Assembly: GCA_965222605.1 (NCBI GenBank)
Contig: OZ244960.1
Coordinates: 1,632,001 to 1,696,000 of the forward strand
Origin: Candidatus Latescibacterota bacterium
GTDB taxonomy: Bacteria; Latescibacterota; UBA2968
Length of the DNA stretch: 64,000 bases
Reading direction: 5' to 3'
The notes beneath the pieces were generated by a model. The model was not told the DNA's origin, did no database searches, and was given only the letters and a program-made list of their open reading frames with translations. This document shows, in pieces, positions 55,712-64,000 of the stretch (position 1 is the first letter of the stretch; each line of letters opens with the position of its first letter). The translations under genes were made by a program, and so were the position numbers.

Positions 55712-56592
55712 ACGTACAGAATGAACGCCTCAACACCCGCGCCGCCCTGCTCAACCTCTTGACAGCAATCCTCTGGGGCGGAAATTCCGTATCCATCAAA
55801 ATGGGACTATCTGGTATTCCGCCGCTTTGCCTGGCTGGCATGCGTTTTTTTCTCGGCGGACTCGTCGTCTATATTTGGACGCGCCCCCTGAAACTCGACC
55901 TGAAACTCAAACGCAACGAGCGGCGAAGCATTGTCGGCCTCATTTTTCTCTTTCTCACGCAAATCTACCTGCTCAATGCGGGAACTGCTTACACCCTCGC
56001 CAGCCGCTCGACCATCTTTATTTCGGCCTATCCCTTCTTCACCGCCTCGTTTGCACACATCTTTATACCGGGCGATAAAATCAGCACACGCAAAATGATC
56101 GGCATGGTATTGTCTTTTCTCGGCGTCGTGCTCATATTTGCCGAAAGCCTATCACTTGGCGAATATCAACATCTCCTGGGCGACATCCTCGTGATCGCAA
56201 GTGCCGCTCTGCTCGGTGCCCGCCAGGTTTATCTCAAGCGTCTCACCCAGAACATGCACCCCGGAAAAGTCTTGATCTGGCAATCCGCACCCAGCGTACC
56301 CATCTTTTTTCTTCTCAGCGCGCTTTTTGAAACACAGGCTATCCAACTCGATATCCGCGTCCTGAGTGCCGTTCTTTATCAGGGGCTTGTCGTCGCGGGC
56401 TTCTGCTTTATCCTCCTCACCAGCCTGCTAAAACGCTATTCGGCCAGCCGCCTCTCTGTTTTTGGATTTATCACCCCAATTGTCGGCGTCGTCATCAGCA
56501 ATTTCCTCCTTGGCGACCCCATCTCACCCATCATCCTCCTCAGCCTCGTACTCGTGGGCATCGGCATCACCATTGTCAATACGTCACAGTGA
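55708..56592 (+). CDS. EamA/DMT-family transporter
   Basis: About 10 TM helices; ILWG.N, PP...AG.RF, GD, duplicated halves. Confidence 0.92.
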   Translation: MNVQNERLNTRAALLNLLTAILWGGNSVSIKMGLSGIPPLCLAGMRFFLGGLVVYIWTRPLKLDLKLKRNERRSIVGLIFLFLTQIYLLNAGTAYTLASRSTIFISAYPFFTASFAHIFIPGDKISTRKMIGMVLSFLGVVLIFAESLSLGEYQHLLGDILVIASAALLGARQVYLKRLTQNMHPGKVLIWQSAPSVPIFFLLSALFETQAIQLDIRVLSAVLYQGLVVAGFCFILLTSLLKRYSASRLSVFGFITPIVGVVISNFLLGDPISPIILLSLVLVGIGITIVNTSQ

Positions 56593-56672
56593 GTCTCTCC
56601 CAAACGAACAGCCCATCAATTTAGGCGGTCTCATTATACGCCGCAAGAAAAAACTGGTTTCAGCTTCAGAAT

Positions 56673-58055
56673 CTAAGTTTTGATCCGAATATCCGGCAAC
56701 TCAAAATCATCGCCCGTGTCTTCAATCCACTGTGCGAGGCGCTTGTGGCACCTCTCCTTCTCCTTCTGAAAAGCTTTGTTATAAACGTAATTCGCCTGTT
56801 CGCATGGATCATCCGCTGTATTAAAAAGCAACCAATCATTCCCCGGTGTACAGGCGTATTTCCACCCATCTCGCATCACCACAGCCCGCCACGCCTTGTT
56901 TACAGTGTGCGAATGCATCTTTCGGGGAATCTGCTGCAAATATGCCGAATCGGGTTCTGCATTTCTATCGGGTTTGCCCTTGAACTCGGCGGCATTGCTG
57001 GAAATACAATGACCCGAATAATCGTGCCCGACCATGCCCTCGGGAACGGGAATACCACAAAGTCCCAGAGTAGTAGGTGCAATATCGACGTGATTGATAA
57101 CCGCATCGGTAGATCCCGTATTCATATTAGAACCGCCCCCCACTTTGCCGATAATAAACGGAATGCGGATCGACTCTTCCCACGGCGATGATTTGCCAGT
57201 CTGCGCGTGGCTCCACAGCATATCGCCGTGATCGGAAAAGAAAATCACATAAGTCTCCCGATCAACACCCATATCTTTGAGAGCCATGCGAATCCGCCCC
57301 ACATTGTAATCCAGATTTTCTACCATCGCGTAATATCCCGCATGATCCAGGGCTGCCCGCTCGCGGATCCAGGGAACATCTGGCACATTGCGCCGAAGCT
57401 GAATATCCGACGGATGAATCCGAGGCGCACCGCGATCCGGATTGGTGGGCGGCACATAGGGATTGTGCGGCGGCTGCACCGAAAGCACGGAAAAAAACGG
57501 CTGATAGTCTTCTTTATCACCCACATGATCCGCGAGATGGTCTAATAACAGCGAGGTCAGGTTATCGGTTTCGTATCCAGCCAAACGCTGGGGCGTTTCG
57601 CCCTCCGAACCATAAACATAGCACTCGTTCTGATTATTATTGTTCTCATACCCCATCCAGTACTGAAAATTCCCCCTGCGCTCGGGAGGAACATAGTTCT
57701 CCCGAGCATTGGACCCATCCAAATGCCACTTGCCGATATATGCCGTGTGATACCCCGCATCATTAAAAGGCATGGCAACGGTCGGAATCGCCGGATCCAG
57801 CGGAGACGGCGTCTGCGTCACGCCATTCTGATGCGGATAAGTACCCGTCATTAGCGCACCGCGAAAAGGCGAGCACCACGGCGCACCGGCCACCGCGCAA
57901 TCAAAGCGCAGGCCTTCACGCGCGAGATTGTCGATATTCGGCGTAAACACATTGGGATCGCCTCGATAACTCAATGCATGCGCGCGGTGCTGATCGCCAA
58001 AAACCCAGATCACATTGGGTCTGCGAACAGGGCGAAACGAAAATTGCTCATTCAT
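56673..58055 (-). CDS. Sulfatase (formylglycine type)
   Basis: PNVIW..DQ, CSPFR (CxPxR), GKWHL, PPH.PY, SDHGD. Confidence 0.95.
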   Translation of the reverse strand: MNEQFSFRPVRRPNVIWVFGDQHRAHALSYRGDPNVFTPNIDNLAREGLRFDCAVAGAPWCSPFRGALMTGTYPHQNGVTQTPSPLDPAIPTVAMPFNDAGYHTAYIGKWHLDGSNARENYVPPERRGNFQYWMGYENNNNQNECYVYGSEGETPQRLAGYETDNLTSLLLDHLADHVGDKEDYQPFFSVLSVQPPHNPYVPPTNPDRGAPRIHPSDIQLRRNVPDVPWIRERAALDHAGYYAMVENLDYNVGRIRMALKDMGVDRETYVIFFSDHGDMLWSHAQTGKSSPWEESIRIPFIIGKVGGGSNMNTGSTDAVINHVDIAPTTLGLCGIPVPEGMVGHDYSGHCISSNAAEFKGKPDRNAEPDSAYLQQIPRKMHSHTVNKAWRAVVMRDGWKYACTPGNDWLLFNTADDPCEQANYVYNKAFQKEKERCHKRLAQWIEDTGDDFELPDIRIKT

Positions 58056-58068
58056 CGTAAAAACCTCT

Positions 58069-60603
58069 CTAATGCTCGTGCCCATGATCGTGCAAGGGCG
58101 TATGGTCGTGATAAATACCTTGCTTGTGCATCTGCTGATGCAAGCGATTGTGCGCGGCCTCCAGCGTAGCGCGCATCTGTTTCAGGCGCCTCGCCTCAGG
58201 TCGCGGCGCGAGCGTATCCAGATAGGCAATTGCCCCTTCGATCTGTTCCAAAACCGTCGTAGCATCCGCCTGTGAAAAAATCGGTTTCTCCGCCACAACC
58301 ACCTGCACAGCACTCGTATGTGCGGCAATCTCGCCGTGCTGTCCCTTATAACTTCCACGCACCCGAAGTGCAATCCACGTCGAATCCTCCACCCTCACCT
58401 CTGCACTCCCCGACGCCACCAGACCCTTATCCACATTCACCTGCTCATGCGTCAGCCCGCCCACAACGATCTCGACCTGATCAATCGGCAACCGCACCGA
58501 CGCCACTTCCCACGTCACATTGACCGTCCCACCAGAAGCTGGCAATTCCACCCGTGAGCCGGGAGCCTTCCCCTCCACCTGAATTTCTGCCAGAGGTCCC
58601 ACCGTCACAAACGTATGACCCGCTTTTGTCGCCGCCATCCAGTTTTCATAGCTAAACTCGCGATCTTTCAAATGCGTATAAGTACGCACCCCGCCGAGCT
58701 GCGACGCAGCCGCCATCTTATCCGACCCGCCCACAACCGGTATGTGGTATCCCAAATTCAAATAGCGATACCAATCGGCAATCCCATAGGGATTGATCTG
58801 AGCATTGTGCGGATTAAACGTCATCATCTCCATCGCGTGGATCAGACCCAGCACAATATCTGCTGCGCGTTCACACTGTGGATTTGGACCGTGCGGCATC
58901 ACCACCAACCCACCCTGATCAATGCACTGTTGCGCCCACTCGGCCATCGTGACTTCCTGCGCGTCGCCCAGTGCGGATTCCGACGGCCCGCCCGAACACA
59001 GCGGATGAATCATAAGTCCCGAATAGCCCAACAGCGAAATATGCCCGAGCACCTGCATGCGATTCTCGGTTCCAACGCGCACGAGAAACTCGCCATCCCC
59101 ACCAAAATCCCGCGCGCCAAAGGTCGTTTTCCCATCAAAATCCGACACATTGCTGAACATTTCACCCCACTGGCTCGCCAGCAAATTCACCACATTCACG
59201 CCCTCGCCCTCGCCTTCCAGACGCGCAGTTTGCGGACTCAAAAAATGCACATGCGTATCGGCCGTCACCCAACCCTTTTCCCGCCACTTGAGCACGCGGT
59301 CAATTTCAAATGTTACCACATCAGTATCGGGCCCAACCGTGAACTTTTCGCGGATCGGCGCAATCTCATATCCCTTCTGAATATCGATATACACCTCGCC
59401 CAAAGGCAAGTCTGCCACGCATTCTCCCGGGATATAACAATACTGATTCAATCCATTGATATGTTCGCCGTAATTATCCTCAAACCAGTGCGGGTTCACC
59501 TTGCGATGATACCCCTTCGGCGGCAAATATTCCCCAGCCTCGCCGTGCATGTGCAACCGCACAGCAACCGGCATTTCTGTTCCTTTCTCCACCACGCGAA
59601 TTGCGACCGGACGATGTGCGGGTCGCACCTCGACAATCTCCCTTGCATCTGTTAGCTCGTAAACACCCCCTTCTACACCCACGTAAAGCCTCGCCTGCGG
59701 GTGTGCGATATACTCGACAACCACAGTGGAAGAAGACCGCGCGGGCTGTACATCCACATCTGCGCTCAACCAGCGTTCCGCATCGTAATCCAGCACAGCC
59801 CGCGCCGACATCACCACGCCCAGATCAATATCTATATCTTCAACCTCGCCATTTCCGTTCAAACGCGCGCGCTCGGGCAATTCCAACTTCAATTTTTGGC
59901 GCACACCCGGTCGCAACGGATGATCAACGACCCGTGTGTGCGTTATCCCCAGCACCAGCGACCGCTCATTTTTAGGAATGAGCTTCAGATGCCGAATGGG
60001 TTTTTCCGGATTGGGATTGGGCAGCGCATAAACCCACAGCTTTATGCGCCCGCCATCTCGCCCCGAACTGTGCCGCGTCTCGGCGCGCCCATAAGCCGAT
60101 GCAGGACGCCGTCCCAGACCGTGTTCATCCGTTGCACCCATCACAATCCCTGGTTTCGCCGCAGGCATCGCTGCAAACGCACTTGCCCCCCACGAAATAC
60201 GGGACTGCTGAATCGCAAACCGGCGCAAAATGCGCGTCGCCTCGGCCTCGCCATCTGCGTATTCCAGCACGTAATCCGATACGTGATCACCGAGTTCATT
60301 GCCATCCATAGCAAAATCGGCCAGCCCATCCTGATAATTACTCACGCGATTTTCGACCCCGTGTAAAAAAATCACATAGCTCGCCTTCACACCGCCCATG
60401 TCAACGCGCACAGCATCGCTGTCGAGCAATATACTGTTCGGCTCGCCTGGCGCACCCAGTTCAAAAGGCATGCCCAGAATAGACTGACCACCATACACCG
60501 CGCCCAAATCTTCGCCACCAAACCCATCCAATTGCACGCGATCCACATTGTAATTTTCCGCCAGCGAAATAGGCGTAAAATGTTCAGATGGAGGAATATT
60601 CAT
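58069..60603 (-). CDS. CehA/McbA-like (PHP-fold) metallohydrolase
   Basis: W..ADTHVH, GTENR..LGH, MPH, WYRYLN.G...P..GGSD. Confidence 0.75.
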   Translation of the reverse strand: MNIPPSEHFTPISLAENYNVDRVQLDGFGGEDLGAVYGGQSILGMPFELGAPGEPNSILLDSDAVRVDMGGVKASYVIFLHGVENRVSNYQDGLADFAMDGNELGDHVSDYVLEYADGEAEATRILRRFAIQQSRISWGASAFAAMPAAKPGIVMGATDEHGLGRRPASAYGRAETRHSSGRDGGRIKLWVYALPNPNPEKPIRHLKLIPKNERSLVLGITHTRVVDHPLRPGVRQKLKLELPERARLNGNGEVEDIDIDLGVVMSARAVLDYDAERWLSADVDVQPARSSSTVVVEYIAHPQARLYVGVEGGVYELTDAREIVEVRPAHRPVAIRVVEKGTEMPVAVRLHMHGEAGEYLPPKGYHRKVNPHWFEDNYGEHINGLNQYCYIPGECVADLPLGEVYIDIQKGYEIAPIREKFTVGPDTDVVTFEIDRVLKWREKGWVTADTHVHFLSPQTARLEGEGEGVNVVNLLASQWGEMFSNVSDFDGKTTFGARDFGGDGEFLVRVGTENRMQVLGHISLLGYSGLMIHPLCSGGPSESALGDAQEVTMAEWAQQCIDQGGLVVMPHGPNPQCERAADIVLGLIHAMEMMTFNPHNAQINPYGIADWYRYLNLGYHIPVVGGSDKMAAASQLGGVRTYTHLKDREFSYENWMAATKAGHTFVTVGPLAEIQVEGKAPGSRVELPASGGTVNVTWEVASVRLPIDQVEIVVGGLTHEQVNVDKGLVASGSAEVRVEDSTWIALRVRGSYKGQHGEIAAHTSAVQVVVAEKPIFSQADATTVLEQIEGAIAYLDTLAPRPEARRLKQMRATLEAAHNRLHQQMHKQGIYHDHTPLHDHGHEH

Positions 60604-60615
60604 AATGCACCTCGT

Positions 60616-62484
60616 CTATAAGAAATACCGCTCATTTTTTACCATAACTTCAAACTCCTCTCTCGCCTTCTGTACCTCTTCCACCGTCGAAACCTCGGCA
60701 ACCGGCACATCCCACCAGCTCTCGTAGCCCGGCACGCGCACCTCGCGATCTACCTCCACCGCAATCACCGTCGTGCAATCCATCGTTCGCGCTTCTGCAA
60801 TCGCCCTCATCAACCCTTCTCTGCCTTCGGGCCGCAACACATAAGCACCCAAACTCTCGGCATTTGTCGCCAAATCGGTCGGCACATTCTCGCCATCTAA
60901 TTGCCCGGTCTGCTCATCGCGCATCCTGTACTCTGTCCCAAACTCATGCGCGCCCACAGCATCTGACAACCCCCCAATACTCGCAAATCCGTGATTGTCC
61001 AGCAAAACAATATTCAGCTTAATCCCTTCCTGCACCGCCGTCGCAATCTCCTGCGCCATCATCAAATACGATCCATCCCCAACCATCACATACACCTCCC
61101 GAGAAGGATCGGCCATCTTAATGCCCAACCCCCCGGCAATCTCGTATCCCATGCACGAATATCCATACTCGAGGTGGTATCCCTTGGGATTGCGCGTTCG
61201 CCACAACTTGTGAAGATCGCCCGGCATACTGCCCGCTGCACAAATCATGACATCCTCGGGTGCCGAACCCTCATTCACCGCACCAATCACTTCACCCTGA
61301 CTCAAAATGGGCCGATGCCCCAAATTGTAAATGCGATCTACTTCTGCCTCCCACGCCTCCCGAAATGCGGCAACCCGCTGTGTCAAATCCACCGGTACGC
61401 GATATCCCTGCACCGTTTCTGCAAGTTCCTCCAACACCACCCGCGCATCGCCCACCAGCGGCAGTGCCCCGTGTTTGGCCGCATCAAATTCCGCTACATT
61501 AATCGCGATAAATTTCACATCTGGATTTTGAAACGCCGTCTTTGAAGCCGTCGTAAAATCGCTCAATCGCGTGCCAATCGCGATCACCAAATCCGCTTCT
61601 CGCGCAACAATATTCGCCCCCGGTGTCCCCGTCACGCCCACCGCACCCAAATTATTGGCGTGGTCGTAATTAAGCGACCCTTTGCCCGCCTGTGTCTCGC
61701 CCACTGGAATACCCGTCTGCTCGACAAATGCCGCCAGCGCATCTGTTGCCTCGCTATACAATACCCCCCCACCCGCAATCACCACAGGTTGCACACTCTC
61801 CCGAATCCACGCCGCTGCTTTTGACACCAGATCGCGATCCGCCCGATTGCGCGGCACCACCCACACCCGTTTTTCAAACAACGCTTCGGGATAATCAAAC
61901 GCCTCTGTCTGCGTATCCTGCGGACAACACAGCGTCACAGCACCTGTCTCAACAGGCGAGGTCAAAACCCGCATCGCCTCGGGCAATGCCACAATCGCTT
62001 GATCTGCCCGATTCAACCGATCCCAGTACCGCGACACCGGCTTAAAACAATCATTCACAGAAATATCCTGCGACGCATTGGACTCCAACTGCTGCAACAC
62101 GGGTGCCACATTTCGCCGCGCAAAAATATCACCCGGCAGCAATAACACCGGCAAACGATTAATCGTCGCCGTCGCCGCACCCGTCACCATATTCGTCGCC
62201 CCCGGTCCAATCGATGTCGTACACGCCAATGTACCCAACCTATTTTTCATCTTGGCATAAGCCGCAGCCGTATGTACCATCGCCTGTTCATTGCGCGTCT
62301 GATAATATCGGAACTCATCGCGATACTGATGCAACGCCTGACCAATCCCGGCCACATTCCCATGTCCAAAAATACCCGACATCCCCGCAAAAAAGGGCTG
62401 TTCAACCCCATCGCGCGAAACGTACTGCGCCTTCAAAAACTGAACAATCGCCTGTGCCATTGTCAATCGTCGTGTCTTTGCCAT
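60616..62484 (-). CDS. iolD: 3D-(3,5/4)-trihydroxycyclohexane-1,2-dione acylhydrolase (inositol catabolism)
   Basis: LTMAQA..FL, IFGHGNVAG, RNEQ.M, PVLQQLE, GDLHKLW, EYGYSCMGYE, WWDVPVAEVS. Confidence 0.96.
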   Translation of the reverse strand: MAKTRRLTMAQAIVQFLKAQYVSRDGVEQPFFAGMSGIFGHGNVAGIGQALHQYRDEFRYYQTRNEQAMVHTAAAYAKMKNRLGTLACTTSIGPGATNMVTGAATATINRLPVLLLPGDIFARRNVAPVLQQLESNASQDISVNDCFKPVSRYWDRLNRADQAIVALPEAMRVLTSPVETGAVTLCCPQDTQTEAFDYPEALFEKRVWVVPRNRADRDLVSKAAAWIRESVQPVVIAGGGVLYSEATDALAAFVEQTGIPVGETQAGKGSLNYDHANNLGAVGVTGTPGANIVAREADLVIAIGTRLSDFTTASKTAFQNPDVKFIAINVAEFDAAKHGALPLVGDARVVLEELAETVQGYRVPVDLTQRVAAFREAWEAEVDRIYNLGHRPILSQGEVIGAVNEGSAPEDVMICAAGSMPGDLHKLWRTRNPKGYHLEYGYSCMGYEIAGGLGIKMADPSREVYVMVGDGSYLMMAQEIATAVQEGIKLNIVLLDNHGFASIGGLSDAVGAHEFGTEYRMRDEQTGQLDGENVPTDLATNAESLGAYVLRPEGREGLMRAIAEARTMDCTTVIAVEVDREVRVPGYESWWDVPVAEVSTVEEVQKAREEFEVMVKNERYFL

Positions 62485-62506
62485 CTTATCCCTCGTGTTG
62501 AGATAT

Positions 62507-63277
62507 TTACACCAATACATCTGGCCGGTCGTGTACGCCGGGAAGCGTCAAAATCCGCTTCTGTTGCTCAGTCAACCCCTCATAAACCGAACGATCGTAC
62601 CCCTTTGGCGCAGAAATCAAATGCCCTGGACCGTATTTGTAAAGCAATACCCTGCGCTCGTGGTCTGCCCGCCACGGCAGTGTGCCGTGTACCAATGCCT
62701 CCGTAAAAAAGATCGCATCGCCCGCTCTTGCCTCTGGCTGGACAACATAGTGCGGAACCCGATCAAACCGCTGCACATCGCGCGGCAAATCCATCCTGAA
62801 ATTGCTCTTGTGACTACCCCGCACACAGGCAAATCCCCCATCTCCCGCATCTGCATCCGACAACACATATGTCAACACCGACAAACCACACTGCATCACC
62901 CCATCTCGATATCTGTAATAATGGTGAAACAACTTCGGCTGGCCGCCGTGCAAACTGCCGCGCCTCCCATTCTTCATCATAAAAATGGCATAATCGTGAT
63001 CCAGGCGGAACTTCGGTCCCAGAAATTCAATTAGATAAGGCAACACTTTGGGATGATCGATTAAATTCCGACACGCCACATCCCAATCTATAATACTCGG
63101 TGCGCGACGCACACCTTTAGCATTGCCAAAAGCGCCATCTGCTTCCACATCGTCGTAATCCCTGGGAAATTCTCGGTCCGCCACCCCATTGAGCACCTCC
63201 AATTCCTCCTGGCTCAACACATCTTTAATCACCAGATACCCGTCGAGATCAAACATGAACTTTTCTTCTGGGGTCAT
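62507..63277 (-). CDS. PhyH-family dioxygenase-like protein
   Basis: EKF.FDL.GYL, LHGG, GGF..V.GSHK, GDAIFFTEALVHGT.PW. Confidence 0.88.
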   Translation of the reverse strand: MTPEEKFMFDLDGYLVIKDVLSQEELEVLNGVADREFPRDYDDVEADGAFGNAKGVRRAPSIIDWDVACRNLIDHPKVLPYLIEFLGPKFRLDHDYAIFMMKNGRRGSLHGGQPKLFHHYYRYRDGVMQCGLSVLTYVLSDADAGDGGFACVRGSHKSNFRMDLPRDVQRFDRVPHYVVQPEARAGDAIFFTEALVHGTLPWRADHERRVLLYKYGPGHLISAPKGYDRSVYEGLTEQQKRILTLPGVHDRPDVLV

Positions 63278-63288
63278 ATCGCATACTC

Positions 63289-64000
63289 CTATCGATAGGG
63301 CAATGGCTTGGGATCGAGCCATTCTACAATTCGATCTTTAATTGCCCATGCAAAAAAGAAATTCCCGCGCGGCGTATGATGCCCAATATAATACGGTGCC
63401 AAAAACGCCTGCACATCCCCCCGATATGTCGCGTATTCTTCCCGAAAAGCATCGCGCAAATCGATCACCGGCACATTCTTTGTCGCCAACCAATCCAAAA
63501 ACGTCTGGTCAAAAAGCGGCTCACCTTCTAATGCCCGAGCCACATTGCTCGAACCAAACGACAAAATCACCAGCAGCTTCTTCCCATTTGTCTTCGCAAA
63601 AGCCTCGGCCTTTTCAATCACAAACCGCGTCGCAAACAAAGCCGCCTCGGTATGCAAGCTGTAAACCTCGGCATCTGATTCCGCATTCTCGAGTTCTCCC
63701 CCCATCTTTTCCGCCATTGCCGACGCATCTTCCAAACTGCCTTTGCGCGCCATAACCGCGTGCAAAATTGGATCGTCGCCAAAGGACTCCCACACCCAAT
63801 CCGCATCGCATAGCCGATAGAGTTCTTCGGGAGCCTTGCACAAATTCTCGCGTTCCTCCACAGTGCCACTTTCCAGATTCACGCGCAAATGCGGCAGCGT
63901 AAACCGCCCTTGTCGCCCCATGCGAATGGACCGCCACGCATCCAAATTGCGAAAGTGATCGTCGTCCCACACATTCAAAATCACGTATTCGGCGGGATAC
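63289..64000 (-). CDS. Hypothetical protein, possible SGNH-like fold (partial, runs off the window)
   Basis: Open frame to the window edge; VIDL...F and GHHTPRGN..FA.AI C-terminus. Confidence 0.6.
   Translation of the reverse strand, partial: YPAEYVILNVWDDDHFRNLDAWRSIRMGRQGRFTLPHLRVNLESGTVEERENLCKAPEELYRLCDADWVWESFGDDPILHAVMARKGSLEDASAMAEKMGGELENAESDAEVYSLHTEAALFATRFVIEKAEAFAKTNGKKLLVILSFGSSNVARALEGEPLFDQTFLDWLATKNVPVIDLRDAFREEYATYRGDVQAFLAPYYIGHHTPRGNFFFAWAIKDRIVEWLDPKPLPYR

Noticed and set aside
58615-59655. 346-aa + strand ORF and similar long antisense ORFs (17687, 40711, 45311)
   Set aside because: They overlap well-supported genes on the opposite strand and have no recognisable domains.
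1-64000. CRISPR array, tRNA/rRNA, reverse transcriptase (retron/DGR), transposase or prophage genes
   Set aside because: No regularly spaced repeats, RNA-gene signatures or the relevant protein motifs were seen by eye. A covariance-model search could still find small RNAs.

Overview
Bacterial chromosomal window with no rRNA, tRNA, CRISPR array, integrase or transposase that I can see. The gene content (ankyrin protein, many toxin-antitoxin (TA) modules, PhyH dioxygenases, sulfatase) resembles an uncultured, possibly sponge-associated Gram-negative bacterium; this is inference only. Layout: (1) 1-6957, a defence/TA island end with a RecQ+UvrD tandem helicase, FitAB-like and HicAB TA pairs, an HsdR-N nuclease and a stub of a lost hsdR gene. 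(2) 7132-18616, host-like genes: Mrp/ApbC, an MFP-RND-TolC efflux set whose RND has a large hydrophobic insertion, DUF2227, an M23 peptidase with a bactofilin stub, and hflX. (3) 18626-32804, a co-oriented minus-strand array of about 21 detox/resistance-like and TA genes with many gene stubs and no attC sites. It contains two diverged copies of a ~75-bp promoter/RBS leader, a 15-bp direct repeat and a pilE-like G-quadruplex motif. (4) 32804-43740, catabolic and miscellaneous genes. (5) 43737-53457, a putative inositol-lipid synthesis and export cluster: flippase-like protein, TolC, IPCT/DIPPS-like fusion, MlaC, MMPL, an internally duplicated membrane protein and a GMC oxidoreductase. (6) 53531-64000, TPR-PPIase, EamA, sulfatase, CehA/McbA-like hydrolase, iolD and PhyH. 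The best candidates for an undescribed system are the leader-headed, attC-less gene array and the lipid cluster. All assignments come from motif recognition by eye; no searches were run.
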